In this document: piece after piece, positions 37,180-52,100 of the stretch
Numbering within the stretch: position 1 is the stretch's first letter
Layout: each line of letters begins with the position of its first letter
NCBI GenBank assembly: GCA_964016885.1
Contig: OZ024741.1
Span: 247,938,001 to 248,002,000, forward strand
From: Eledone cirrhosa
Lineage: Eukaryota
DNA: 64,000 nucleotides
Reading direction: 5' to 3'
Made by a program: the position numbers and the translations under genes
The notes under the pieces: model-generated
What the model was told of the DNA's origin: nothing
Database searches by the model: none
Seen by the model: only the letters and a program-made list of their open reading frames with translations

Positions 37180-40100
37180 TTTTACAAATTATCTCCCCCT
37201 GATTTTTGTTTACAAATTATCTCCCCTTGGACGGCTGGAAATTATCTCCCCTTGGACGGCTAGAAATTACCTCTCCTTGGACGGCTGAAAATTATCCTCC
37301 CGTGGACGGCTGGAAATTATCTCCCCTTGATTTTTTTACAAATTATCTCCCCCTGATTTTTTTTTTACAAATTATCTCACCCTGATTTTTTTTACAAATT
37401 ATCTACCCCTGATTTTTTTTTACAAATTATCTCCCCCTGATTTTTTTTACAAATTATCTTCCACTGATTTTTTTTACAAATTATCTCCACCTGATTTTTT
37501 AAAAAATTATCTCCCCTTGGAAGGCTGGAAATTATCTCCCCTTGGCTGGAAATTATCTCCCCTTGAACGGCTAGAAATTATCTCTCTTTGGACGGCTGGA
37601 AATTATCACCCCTTGAGTTTTTTACAAATTATCTCCCCCTGATTTTTTTTACAAATCTCCCAGTGATTTTTAAAAAAAAATTATCTCCCCTTCGCTGGCT
37701 GGAAATTATCTCCCCTTGGACGCTGGAAATTATAGCCCCTTGGAGGGCTTGAAATTATCTTCCCTTGGACGGCTGGAAATTATCTCCCCTTGATTTTTTT
37801 TTACAAATTATCTCCCCCTGATTTTTTTTTACAAATTATCTCCCCCTGATTTTTTTTACAACTTATCTGCGCCTGATTTTTTTAAAAAAATTATCTCCCC
37901 TTGGACGGCTGGAAATTATCTCTCCTTGGACGGCTAGAATTTACCTCTCCTTGGACGGCTGAAAATTATCTCCCCTTGGACGGCTGGAAATTATCTCCCC
38001 TTGATTTTTTTTACAAATTATCTCCCCCTGATTTTTTTTTCGAATTATCTCCCCCTGATTTTTTTTTACAAATTATCTCCCCCTGATTTTTTTTTACAAA
38101 TTATCTCCCCCTGATTTTTTTTACAAATTATCTCCCTCTGATTTTTTTACAAATTATCTCCCCTTGGCTGGCTGGAAATTATCTCCCCTAGGAGGCTGGA
38201 ACTTATCTCCCCTTGGACGGCTAGAAATTACCTCTCTTTGGACGGCTGGAAAATATGTCTCCTTGGACGGCTGGATATTATCTCCCCTTGGACGGCTGGA
38301 AATTATCTCCCCTTGGACGGCTGGAAATTATCTCCCCTTGGATGGCTAGATATTACCTCCCCTTGGACGGCTGGAAATTATCTCCCCTTGATTTTTTTTT
38401 ACAAATTATCTCCCCCTGATTTTTTTTTACAAATTATCTCCCCCGATTTTTTTTTACAAATTATCTCTCCCTGATTTTTTTTTACAAATTATCTCCCCCT
38501 GATTTTTGTTTACAAATTATCTCCCCTTGGACGGCTGGAAATTATCTCCCCTTGGACGGCTAGAAATTACCTCTCCTTGGACGGCTGAAAATTATCCTCC
38601 CTTGGACGGCTGGAAATTATCTCCCCTTGATTTTTTTACAAATTATCTCCCCCTGATTTTTTTTTTACAAATTATCTCACCCTGATTTTTTTTACAAATT
38701 ATCTACCCCTGATTTTTTTTTACAAATTATCTCCCCCTGATTTTTTTTACAAATTATCTCCCACTGATTTTTTTTTTACAAATTATCTCCCCCTGATTTT
38801 TTTACAAATTATCTCCCCCTGATTTTTTTTACAAATTATATCCGCCTGATTTTTTTAAATATTATCTCTCCTTGGCTGGCGGGAAATTATCTCCCCTTGG
38901 ACGGCTGGAAATTATCTCCCCTTGGAAGGATGGAAATTATCTCCCCTTGGACGGCTGGAAATTATCTACCCCTGATTTTTTTTACAAATTATCTCCCCCT
39001 GATTTTTTTTACAAATTATCTCCCCCTGATTTTTTTTTTACAAATTATCTCCCCCTGATTTTTTTACAAATTATCTCCCCCTGATTTTTTTTACAAATTA
39101 TCTCCGCCTGATTTTTTAAAATATTATCTTACCTTGGCTGGCGGGAAATTATCTCCCCTTGGACGGCTGAAAATTATCTCCCCTTGGACGGCTGGAAATT
39201 ATCTCCCCTTGATTTTTTTTACAAATTATCTCCCCCTGATTTTTTTTTACAAATTATCTCCCACTGATTTAAAAAAAAAAATTATCTCCCCTTCGCTGGC
39301 TGGAAATTATCTCCCCTTGGACGCTGGAAATTATAGCCCCTTGGAGGGCTGGAAATTATCTTCCCTTGGACGGCTGGAAATTATCTCCCCTTGATTTTTT
39401 TTTACAAATTATCTCCCCCTGATTTTTTTTTACAAATTATCTCCCCCTGATTTTTTTTTACAAATTATCTCCCCCTGATTTTTTTTTTACAAATTATCTC
39501 CGCCTGATTTTTTTTTAAAAATTATCTCCCCTTGGACGGCTGGAAATTATCTCCCCTTGGACGGCTGGAAATTATCTCCCCTTGGACGGCTAGAAATTAT
39601 CTCTCCTTGGACGGCTGAAAATTATCTCCCCTTGGACGGCTGCAAATTATCTCCCCTTGATTTTTTTTACAAATTATCTCCCCCTGATTTTTTTTACAAA
39701 TTATCTCCCCCTGATTTTTTTTACAAATTATCTACCCCTGATTTTTTTTACAAATTATCTCCCCCTGATTTTTTTTTACAAATTATCTCCCTCTGATTTT
39801 TTTTTACAAATTATCTCCCCCTGATTTTTTTTTACAAATTATCTCCCCCTGATTTTTTTACAAATTATCTCCCCCTGATTTTTTTTACAATCTCCGCCTG
39901 ATTTTTTTAAAAATTATCTTCCCTTGGCTGGCGGGAAATTATCTCCCCTTGGACGGCTGGAAATTATCTCCCCTTGGAAGGATGGAAATTATCTCCCCTT
40001 GGACGGCTGGAAATTATCTCCCCTTGCACGGCTGGAAATTATCTCCCCTTGGCTGGAAATTATCTCCCCTTGGACGGCTAGAAATTATCTCTCTTTGGAC

Positions 40101-43100
40101 GGCTGGAAATTATCTCCCTTTGATTTTTTTTACAAATTATCTCCCTCTGATTTTTTTTACAAATCTCCCCCTGATTTTTTAAAAAAAATTATCTCCCCTT
40201 CGCTGGCTGGAAATTATCTCCCCTTGGACACTGGAAATTATAGCCCCTTGGAGGGCTGGAAATTATCTTCTCTTGGACGGCTGGAAATTATCTCCCCTTG
40301 ATTTTTTTTACAAATTATCTCCCCCTGATTTTTTTTTACAAATTATCTCCCCCGATTTTTTTTTACAAATTATCTCCCCCTGATTTTTTTTTACAAATTA
40401 TCTCCCCCTGATTTTTGTTTACAAATTATCTCCCCTTGGACGGCTGGAAATTATCTCCCCTTGGACGGCTAGAAATTACCTCTCCTTGGACGGCTGAAAA
40501 TTATCCTCCCTTGGACGGCTGGAAATTATCTCCCCTTGATTTTTTTACAAATTATCTCCCCCTGATTTTTTTTTTACAAATTATCTCACCCTGATTTTTT
40601 TTACAAATTATCTACCCCTGATTTTTTTTTACAAATTATCTCCCCCTGATTTTTTTTACAAATTATCTCCCACTGATTTTTTTTTTACAAATTATCTCCC
40701 CCTGATTTTTTTACAAATTATCTCCCCCTGATTTTTTTTACAAATTATATCCGCCTGATTTTTTTAAATATTATCTCTCCTTGGCTGGCGGGAAATTATC
40801 TCCCCTTGGACGGCTGGAAATTATCTCCCCTTGGAAGGATGGAAATTATCTCCCCTTGGACGGCTGGAAATTATCTACCCCTGATTTTTTTTACAAATTA
40901 TCTCCCCCTGATTTTTTTTACAAATTATCTCCCCCTGATTTTTTTTTTACAAATTATCTCCCCCTGATTTTTTTACAAATTATCTCCCCCTGATTTTTTT
41001 TACAAATTATCTCCGCCTGATTTTTTAAAATATTATCTTACCTTGGCTGGCGGGAAATTATCTCCCCTTGGACGGCTGAAAATTATCTCCCCTTGGACGG
41101 CTGGAAATTATCTCCCCTTGATTTTTTTTACAAATTATCTCCCCCTGATTTTTTTTTACAAATTATCTCCCCCTGATTTTTTTTACAAATTATCTCCCCC
41201 CTGATTTTTTTACAAATTATCTCCCCTTGGCTGGCTGGAAATTATCTCCCCTTGGAGGCTGGAACTTATCTCCCCTTGGACGGCTAGAAATTACCTCTCC
41301 TTGGACGGCTGGAAAATATGTCTCCTTGGACGGCTGGATATTATCTCCCCTTGGACGGCTGGAAATTATCTCCCCTTGGACGGCTGGAAATTATCTCCCC
41401 TTGGATGGCTAGATATTACCTCCCCTTGGACGGCTGGAAATTATCTCCCTTTGATTTTTTTTACAAATTATCTCCCCCTGATTTTTTTTTACAAATTATC
41501 TCCCCCTGATTTTTTTTTACAAATTATCTCCCCCTGATTTTTGTTTACAAATTATCTCCGCCTGATTTTTTTTTAAAAATTATCTCCCCTTGGACGGCTG
41601 GAAATTATCTCCCCATGGACGGCTAGAAATTACCTCTCCTTGGACGGCTGAAAATTATCTCCCCTTGGACGGCTGGAAATTATCTCCCCTTGATTTTTTT
41701 ACAAATTATCTCCCCCTGATTTTTTTTTTACAAATTATCTCCCCCTGATTTTTTTTTACAAATTATCTACCCCTGATTTTTTTTTACAAATTATCTCCCC
41801 CTGATTTTTTTTACAAATTATCTCCCCCTGATTTTTTTTTACAAATTATCTCCCCCTGATTTTTTTACAAATTATCTCCCCCTGATTTTTTTACAAATTA
41901 TCTCCGCCTGATTTTTTTAAATATTATCTCTCCTTGGCTGGCGGGAAATTATCTCCCCTTGGACTGCTGGAAATTATCTCCCCTTGGAAGGATGGAAATT
42001 ATCTCCCCTTGGACGGCTAGAAATTATCTCTCTTTGGACGGCTGGAAATTATCACCCCTTGAGTTTTTTACAAATTATCTCCCCCTGATTTTTTTTACAA
42101 ATCTCCCAGTGATTTTTAAAAAAAAATTATCTCCCCTTCGCTGGCTGGAAATTATCTCCCCTTGGACGCTGGAAATTATAGCCCCTTGGAGGGCTTGAAA
42201 TTATCTTCCCTTGGACGGCTGGAAATTATCTCCCGTTGATTTTTTTTTACAAATTATCTCCCCCTGATTTTTTTTTACAAATTATCTCCCCCTGATTTTT
42301 TTTTACAACTTATCTGCGCCAGATTTTTTTAAAAAAATTATCTCCCCTTGGACGGCTGGAAATTATCTCCCCTTGGACGGCTGGAAATTATCTCTCCTTG
42401 GACGGCTAGAATTTACCTCTCCTTGGACGGCTGAAAATTATCTCCCCTTGGACGGCTGGAAATTATCTCCCCTTGATTTTTTTTACAAATTATCTCCCCC
42501 TGATTTTTTTTTACGAATTATCTCCCCCTGATTTTTTTTTACAAATTATCTCCCCCTGATTTTTTTTTACAAATTATCTCCCCCTGATTTTTTTTACAAA
42601 TTATCTCCCTCTGATTTTTTTACAAATTATCTCCCCTTGGCTGGCTGGAAATTATCTCCCCTAGGAGGCTGGAACTTATCTCCCCTTGGACGGCTAGAAA
42701 TTACCTCTCTTTGGACGGCTGGAAAATATGTCTCCTTGGACGGCTGGATATTATCTCCCCTTGGACGGCTGGAAATTATCTCCCCTTGGACGGCTGGAAA
42801 TTATCTCCCCTTGGATGGCTAGATATTACCTCCCCTTGGACGGCTGGAAATTATCTCCCCTTGATTTTTTTTACAAATTATCTCCCCCTGATTTTTTTTT
42901 ACAAATTATCTCCCCCGATTTTTTTTTACAAATTATCTCCCCCTGATTTTTTTTTACAAATTATCTCCCCCTGATTTTTGTTTACAAATTATCTCCCCTT
43001 GGACGGCTGGAAATTATCTCCCCTTGGACGGCTAGAAATTACCTCTCCTTGGACGGCTAGAATTTACCTCTCCTTGGACGGCTGAAAATTATCTCCCCTT

Positions 43101-46100
43101 GGACGGCTGGAAATTATCTCCCCTTGATTTTTTTTACAAATTATCTCCCCCTGATTTTTTTTTACAAATTATCTCCCCCTGATTTTTTTTTACAAATTAT
43201 CTCCCCCTGATTTTTTTTACAAATCTCCCAGTGATTTTTTAAAAAAATTATCTCCCCTTGGACGGCTGGAAATTATCTCCCCTTGGACGGCTGGAATTTA
43301 TCTCGCCTTGGACGGCTAGAATTTACCTCTCCTTGGACGGCTGAAAATTATCTCCCCTTGGACGGCTGGAAATTATCTCCCCTTGATTTTTTTTACAAAT
43401 TATCTCCCCCTGATTTTTTTTTACAAATTATCTCCCCCTGATTTTTTTTTACAAATTATCTCCCCCTGATTTTTTTTTACAAATTATCTCCCCCTGATTT
43501 TTTTTACAAATTATCTCCCCCCTGATTTTTTTACAAATTATCTCCCCTTGGCTGGCTGGAAATTATCTCCCCTTGGAGGCTGGAACTTATCTCCCCTTGG
43601 ACGGCTAGAAATTACCTCTCCTTGGACGGCTGGAAAATATGTCTCCTTGGACGGCTGGATATTATCTCCCCTTGGACGGCTGGAAATTATCTCCCCTTGG
43701 ACGGCTGGAAATTATCTCCCCTTGGATGGCTAGATATTACCTCCCCTTGGACGGCTGGAAATTATCTCCCTTTGATTTTTTTTACAAATTATCTCCCCCT
43801 GATTTTTTTTTACAAATTATCTCCCCCTGATTTTTTTTTACAAATTATCTCCCCCTGATTTTTGTTTACAAATTATCTCCCCCTGATTTTTTTTTACGAA
43901 TTATCTCCCCCTGATTTTTTTTTACAAATTATCTCCCCCTGATTTTTTTTTACAAATTATCTCCCCCTGATTTTTTTTACAAATTATCTCCCTCTGATTT
44001 TTTTACAAATTATCTCCCCTTGGCTGGCTGGAAATTATCTCCCCTAGGAGGCTGGAACTTATCTCCCCTTGGACGGCTAGAAATTACCTCTCTTTGGACG
44101 GCTGGAAAATATGTCTCCTTGGACGGCTGGATATTATCTCCCCTTGGACGGCTGGAAATTATCTCCCCTTGGACGGCTGGAAATTATCTCCCCTTGGATG
44201 GCTAGATATTACCTCCCCTTGGACGGCTGGAAATTATCTCCCTTTGATTTTTTTTACAAATTATCTCCCCCTGATTTTTTTTTACAAATTATCTCCCCCT
44301 GATTTTTTTTACAAATTATCTCCCCCTGATTTTTGTTTACAAATTATCTCCGCCTGATTTTTTTTAAAAAATTATCTCCCCTTGGACGGCTGGAAATTAT
44401 CTCCCCTTGGACGGCTAGAAATTACCTCTCCTTGGACGGCTGAAAATTATCTCCCCTTGGACGGCTGGAAATTATCTCCCCTTGATTTTTTTACAAATTA
44501 TCTCCCCCTGATTTTTTTTTTACAAATTATCTCCCCCTGATTTTTTTTTACAAATTATCTACCCCTGATTTTTTTTTACAAATTATCTCCCCCTGATTTT
44601 TTTTACAAATTATCTCCCCCTGATTTTTTTTTACAAATTATCTCCCCCTGATTTTTTTACAAATTATCTCCCCCTGATTTTTTTTACAAATTATCTCCGC
44701 CTGATTTTTTTAAATATTATCTCTCCTTGGCTGGCGGGAAATTATCTCCCCTTGGACGGCTGGAAATTATCTCCCCTTGGAAGGATGGAAATTATCTCCC
44801 CTTGGACGGCTAGAAATTATCTCTCTTTGGACGGCTGGAAATTATCACCCCTTGAGTTTTTTACAAATTATCTCCCCCTGATTTTTTTTACAAATCTCCC
44901 AGTGATTTTTAAAAAAAAATTATCTCCCCTTCGCTGGCTGGAAATTATCTCCCCTTGGACGCTGGAAATTATAGCCCCTTGGAGGGCTTGAAATTATCTT
45001 CCCTTGGACGGCTGGAAATTATCTCCCCTTGATTTTTTTTTACAAATTATCTCCCCCTGATTTTTTTTTACAAATTATCTCCCCCTGATTTTTTTTTACA
45101 ACTTATCTGCGCCAGATTTTTTTAAAAAAATTATCTCCCCTTGGACGGCTGGAAATTATCTCCCCTTGGACGGCTGGAAATTATCTCTCCTTGGACGGCT
45201 AGAATTTACCTCTCCTTGGACGGCTGAAAATTATCTCCCCTTGGACGGCTGGAAATTATCTCCCCTTGATTTTTTTTACAAATTATCTCCCCCTGATTTT
45301 TTTTTACGAATTATCTCCCCCTGATTTTTTTTTACAAATTATCTCCCCCTGATTTTTTTTTACAAATTATCTCCCCCTGATTTTTTTTACAAATTATCTC
45401 CCTCTGATTTTTTTACAAATTATCTCCCCTTGGCTGGCTGGAAATTATCTCCCCTAGGAGGCTGGAACTTATCTCCCCTTGGACGGCTAGAAATTACCTC
45501 TCTTTGGACGGCTGGAAAATATGTCTCCTTGGACGGCTGGATATTATCTCCCCTTGGACGGCTGGAAATTATCTCCCCTTGGACGGCTGGAAATTATCTC
45601 CCCTTGGATGGCTAGATATTACCTCCCCTTGGACGGCTGGAAATTATCTCCCCTTGATTTTTTTTACAAATTATCTCCCCCTGATTTTTTTTTACAAATT
45701 ATCTCCCCCGATTTTTTTTTACAAATTATCTCCCCCTGATTTTTTTTTACAAATTATCTCCCCCTGATTTTTGTTTACAAATTATCTCCCCTTGGACGGC
45801 TGGAAATTATCTCCCCTTGGACGGCTAGAAATTACCTCTCCTTGGACGGCTGAAAATTATCCTCCCTTGGACGGCTGGAAATTATCTCCCCTTGATTTTT
45901 TTACAAATTATCTCCCCCTGATTTTTTTTTTACAAATTATCTCACCCTGATTTTTTTTACAAATTATCTACCCCTGATTTTTTTTTACAAATTATCTCCC
46001 CCTGATTTTTTTTACAAATTATCTCCCACTGATTTTTTTTTTACAAATTATCTCCCCCTGATTTTTTTACAAATTATCTCCCCCTGATTTTTTTTACAAA

Positions 46101-49100
46101 TTATATCCGCCTGATTTTTTTAAATATTATCTCTCCTTGGCTGGCGGGAAATTATCTCCCCTTGGACGGCTGGAAATTATCTCCCCTTGGAAGGATGGAA
46201 ATTATCTCCCCTTGGACGGCTAGAAATTATCTCTCTTTGGACGGCTGGAAATTATCACCCCTTGAGCTTTTTACAAATTATCTCCCCCTGATTTTTTTTA
46301 CAAATCTCCCTGTGATTTTTTAAAAAAAATTATCTCCCCTTCGCTGGCTGGAAATTATCTCCCCTTGGACGCTGGAAATTATAGCCCCTTGGAGGGCTGG
46401 AAATTATCTTCCCATGGACGGCTGGAAATTATCTCCCCTTGATTTTTTTTACAAATTATCTCCCCCTGATTTTTGTTTACAAATTATCTCCCCTTGGACG
46501 GCTGGAAATTATCTCCCCTTGGACGGCTAGAAATTACCTCTCCTTGGACGGCTGAAAATTATCCTCCCGTGGACGGCTGGAAATTATCTCCCCTTGATTT
46601 TTTTACAAATTATCTCCCCCTGATTTTTTTTTTACAAATTATCTCACCCTGATTTTTTTTACAAATTATCTACCCCTGATTTTTTTTTACAAATTATCTC
46701 CCCCTGATTTTTTTTACAAATTATCTTCCACTGATTTTTTTTACAAATTATCTCCACCTGATTTTTTAAAAAATTATCTCCCCTTGGAAGGCTGGAAATT
46801 ATCTCCCCTTGGCTGGAAATTATCTCCCCTTGAACGGCTAGAAATTATCTCTCTTTGGACGGCTGGAAATTATCACCCCTTGAGTTTTTTACAAATTATC
46901 TCCCCCTGATTTTTTTTACAAATCTCCCAGTGATTTTTAAAAAAAAATTATCTCCCCTTCGCTGGCTGGAAATTATCTCCCCTTGGACGCTGGAAATTAT
47001 AGCCCCTTGGAGGGCTTGAAATTATCTTCCCTTGGACGGCTGGAAATTATCTCCCCTTGATTTTTTTTTACAAATTATCTCCCCCTGATTTTTTTTTACA
47101 AATTATCTCCCCCTGATTTTTTTTACAACTTATCTGCGCCTGATTTTTTTAAAAAAATTATCTCCCCTTGGACGGCTGGAAATTATCTCTCCTTGGACGG
47201 CTAGAATTTACCTCTCCTTGGACGGCTGAAAATTATCTCCCCTTGGACGGCTGGAAATTATCTCCCCTTGATTTTTTTTACAAATTATCTCCCCCTGATT
47301 TTTTTTTCGAATTATCTCCCCCTGATTTTTTTTTACAAATTATCTCCCCCTGATTTTTTTTTACAAATTATCTCCCCCTGATTTTTTTTACAAATTATCT
47401 CCCTCTGATTTTTTTACAAATTATCTCCCCTTGGCTGGCTGGAAATTATCTCCCCTAGGAGGCTGGAACTTATCTCCCCTTGGACGGCTAGAAATTACCT
47501 CTCTTTGGACGGCTGGAAAATATGTCTCCTTGGACGGCTGGATATTATCTCCCCTTGGACGGCTGGAAATTATCTCCCCTTGGACGGCTGGAAATTATCT
47601 CCCCTTGGATGGCTAGATATTACCTCCCCTTGGACGGCTGGAAATTATCTCCCCTTGATTTTTTTTTACAAATTATCTCCCCCTGATTTTTTTTTACAAA
47701 TTATCTCCCCCGATTTTTTTTTACAAATTATCTCTCCCTGATTTTTTTTTACAAATTATCTCCCCCTGATTTTTGTTTACAAATTATCTCCCCTTGGACG
47801 GCTGGAAATTATCTCCCCTTGGACGGCTAGAAATTACCTCTCCTTGGACGGCTGAAAATTATCCTCCCTTGGACGGCTGGAAATTATCTCCCCTTGATTT
47901 TTTTACAAATTATCTCCCCCTGATTTTTTTTTTACAAATTATCTCACCCTGATTTTTTTTACAAATTATCTACCCCTGATTTTTTTTTACAAATTATCTC
48001 CCCCTGATTTTTTTTACAAATTATCTCCCACTGATTTTTTTTTTACAAATTATCTCCCCCTGATTTTTTTACAAATTATCTCCCCCTGATTTTTTTTACA
48101 AATTATATCCGCCTGATTTTTTTAAATATTATCTCTCCTTGGCTGGCGGGAAATTATCTCCCCTTGGACGGCTGGAAATTATCTCCCCTTGGAAGGATGG
48201 AAATTATCTCCCCTTGGACGGCTGGAAATTATCTACCCCTGATTTTTTTTACAAATTATCTCCCCCTGATTTTTTTTACAAATTATCTCCCCCTGATTTT
48301 TTTTTTACAAATTATCTCCCCCTGATTTTTTTACAAATTATCTCCCCCTGATTTTTTTTACAAATTATCTCCGCCTGATTTTTTAAAATATTATCTTACC
48401 TTGGCTGGCGGGAAATTATCTCCCCTTGGACGGCTGAAAATTATCTCCCCTTGGACGGCTGGAAATTATCTCCCCTTGATTTTTTTTACAAATTATCTCC
48501 CCCTGATTTTTTTTTACAAATTATCTCCCACTGATTTAAAAAAAAAAATTATCTCCCCTTCGCTGGCTGGAAATTATCTCCCCTTGGACGCTGGAAATTA
48601 TAGCCCCTTGGAGGGCTGGAAATTATCTTCCCTTGGACGGCTGGAAATTATCTCCCCTTGATTTTTTTTTACAAATTATCTCCCCCTGATTTTTTTTTAC
48701 AAATTATCTCCCCCTGATTTTTTTTTACAAATTATCTCCCCCTGATTTTTTTTTTACAAATTATCTCCGCCTGATTTTTTTTTAAAAATTATCTCCCCTT
48801 GGACGGCTGGAAATTATCTCCCCTTGGACGGCTGGAAATTATCTCCCCTTGGACGGCTAGAAATTATCTCTCCTTGGACGGCTGAAAATTATCTCCCCTT
48901 GGACGGCTGCAAATTATCTCCCCTTGATTTTTTTTACAAATTATCTCCCCCTGATTTTTTTTACAAATTATCTCCCCCTGATTTTTTTTACAAATTATCT
49001 ACCCCTGATTTTTTTTACAAATTATCTCCCCCTGATTTTTTTTTACAAATTATCTCCCTCTGATTTTTTTTTACAAATTATCTCCCCCTGATTTTTTTTT

Positions 49101-52100
49101 ACAAATTATCTCCCCCTGATTTTTTTACAAATTATCTCCCCCTGATTTTTTTTACAATCTCCGCCTGATTTTTTTAAAAATTATCTTCCCTTGGCTGGCG
49201 GGAAATTATCTCCCCTTGGACGGCTGGAAATTATCTCCCCTTGGAAGGATGGAAATTATCTCCCCTTGGACGGCTGGAAATTATCTCCCCTTGCACGGCT
49301 GGAAATTATCTCCCCTTGGCTGGAAATTATCTCCCCTTGGACGGCTAGAAATTATCTCTCTTTGGACGGCTGGAAATTATCTCCCTTTGATTTTTTTTAC
49401 AAATTATCTCCCTCTGATTTTTTTTACAAATCTCCCCCTGATTTTTTAAAAAAAATTATCTCCCCTTCGCTGGCTGGAAATTATCTCCCCTTGGACACTG
49501 GAAATTATAGCCCCTTGGAGGGCTGGAAATTATCTTCTCTTGGACGGCTGGAAATTATCTCCCCTTGATTTTTTTTACAAATTATCTCCCCCTGATTTTT
49601 TTTTACAAATTATCTCCCCCGATTTTTTTTTACAAATTATCTCCCCCTGATTTTTTTTTACAAATTATCTCCCCCTGATTTTTGTTTACAAATTATCTCC
49701 CCTTGGACGGCTGGAAATTATCTCCCCTTGGACGGCTAGAAATTACCTCTCCTTGGACGGCTGAAAATTATCCTCCCTTGGACGGCTGGAAATTATCTCC
49801 CCTTGATTTTTTTACAAATTATCTCCCCCTGATTTTTTTTTTACAAATTATCTCACCCTGATTTTTTTTACAAATTATCTACCCCTGATTTTTTTTTACA
49901 AATTATCTCCCCCTGATTTTTTTTACAAATTATCTCCCACTGATTTTTTTTTTACAAATTATCTCCCCCTGATTTTTTTACAAATTATCTCCCCCTGATT
50001 TTTTTTACAAATTATATCCGCCTGATTTTTTTAAATATTATCTCTCCTTGGCTGGCGGGAAATTATCTCCCCTTGGACGGCTGGAAATTATCTCCCCTTG
50101 GAAGGATGGAAATTATCTCCCCTTGGACGGCTGGAAATTATCTACCCCTGATTTTTTTTACAAATTATCTCCCCCTGATTTTTTTTACAAATTATCTCCC
50201 CCTGATTTTTTTTTACAAATTATCTCCCCCTGATTTTTTTACAAATTATCTCCCCCTGATTTTTTTACAAATTATCTCCGCCTGATTTTTTTAAATATTA
50301 TCTCTCCTTGGCTGGCGGGAAATTATCTCCCCTTGGACTGCTGGAAATTATCTCCCCTTGGAAGGATGGAAATTATCTCCCCTTGGACGGCTAGAAATTA
50401 TCTCTCTTTGGACGGCTGGAAATTATCACCCCTTGAGTTTTTTACAAATTATCTCCCCCTGATTTTTTTTACAAATCTCCCAGTGATTTTTAAAAAAAAA
50501 TTATCTCCCCTTCGCTGGCTGGAAATTATCTCCCCTTGGACGCTGGAAATTATAGCCCCTTGGAGGGCTTGAAATTATCTTCCCTTGGACGGCTGGAAAT
50601 TATCTCCCGTTGATTTTTTTTTACAAATTATCTCCCCCTGATTTTTTTTTACAAATTATCTCCCCCTGATTTTTTTTTACAACTTATCTGCGCCAGATTT
50701 TTTTAAAAAAATTATCTCCCCTTGGACGGCTGGAAATTATCTCCCCTTGGACGGCTGGAAATTATCTCTCCTTGGACGGCTAGAATTTACCTCTCCTTGG
50801 ACGGCTGAAAATTATCTCCCCTTGGACGGCTGGAAATTATCTCCCCTTGATTTTTTTTACAAATTATCTCCCCCTGATTTTTTTTTACGAATTATCTCCC
50901 CCTGATTTTTTTTTACAAATTATCTCCCCCTGATTTTTTTTTACAAATTATCTCCCCCTGATTTTTTTTACAAATTATCTCCCTCTGATTTTTTTACAAA
51001 TTATCTCCCCTTGGCTGGCTGGAAATTATCTCCCCTAGGAGGCTGGAACTTATCTCCCCTTGGACGGCTAGAAATTACCTCTCTTTGGACGGCTGGAAAA
51101 TATGTCTCCTTGGACGGCTGGATATTATCTCCCCTTGGACGGCTGGAAATTATCTCCCCTTGGACGGCTGGAAATTATCTCCCCTTGGATGGCTAGATAT
51201 TACCTCCCCTTGGACGGCTGGAAATTATCTCCCCTTGATTTTTTTTACAAATTATCTCCCCCTGATTTTTTTTTACAAATTATCTCCCCCGATTTTTTTT
51301 TACAAATTATCTCCCCCTGATTTTTTTTTACAAATTATCTCCCCCTGATTTTTGTTTACAAATTATCTCCCCTTGGACGGCTGGAAATTATCTCCCCTTG
51401 GACGGCTAGAAATTACCTCTCCTTGGACGGCTAGAATTTACCTCTCCTTGGACGGCTGAAAATTATCTCCCCTTGGACGGCTGGAAATTATCTCCCCTTG
51501 ATTTTTTTTACAAATTATCTCCCCCTGATTTTTTTTTACAAATTATCTCCCCCTGATTTTTTTTTACAAATTATCTCCCCCTGATTTTTTTTACAAATCT
51601 CCCAGTGATTTTTTAAAAAAATTATCTCCCCTTGGACGGCTGGAAATTATCTCCCCTTGGACGGCTGGAAATTATCTCGCCTTGGACGGCTAGAATTTAC
51701 CTCTCCTTGGACGGCTGAAAATTATCTCCCCTTGGACGGCTGGAAATTATCTCCCCTTGATTTTTTTTACAAATTATCTCCCCCTGATTTTTTTTTACAA
51801 ATTATCTCCCCCTGATTTTTTTTTACAAATTATCTCCCCCTGATTTTTTTTTACAAATTATCTCCCCCTGATTTTTTTTACAAATTATCTCCCCCCTGAT
51901 TTTTTTACAAATTATCTCCCCTTGGCTGGCTGGAAATTATCTCCCCTTGGAGGCTGGAACTTATCTCCCCTTGGACGGCTAGAAATTACCTCTCCTTGGA
52001 CGGCTGGAAAATATGTCTCCTTGGACGGCTGGATATTATCTCCCCTTGGACGGCTGGAAATTATCTCCCCTTGGACGGCTGGAAATTATCTCCCCTTGGA

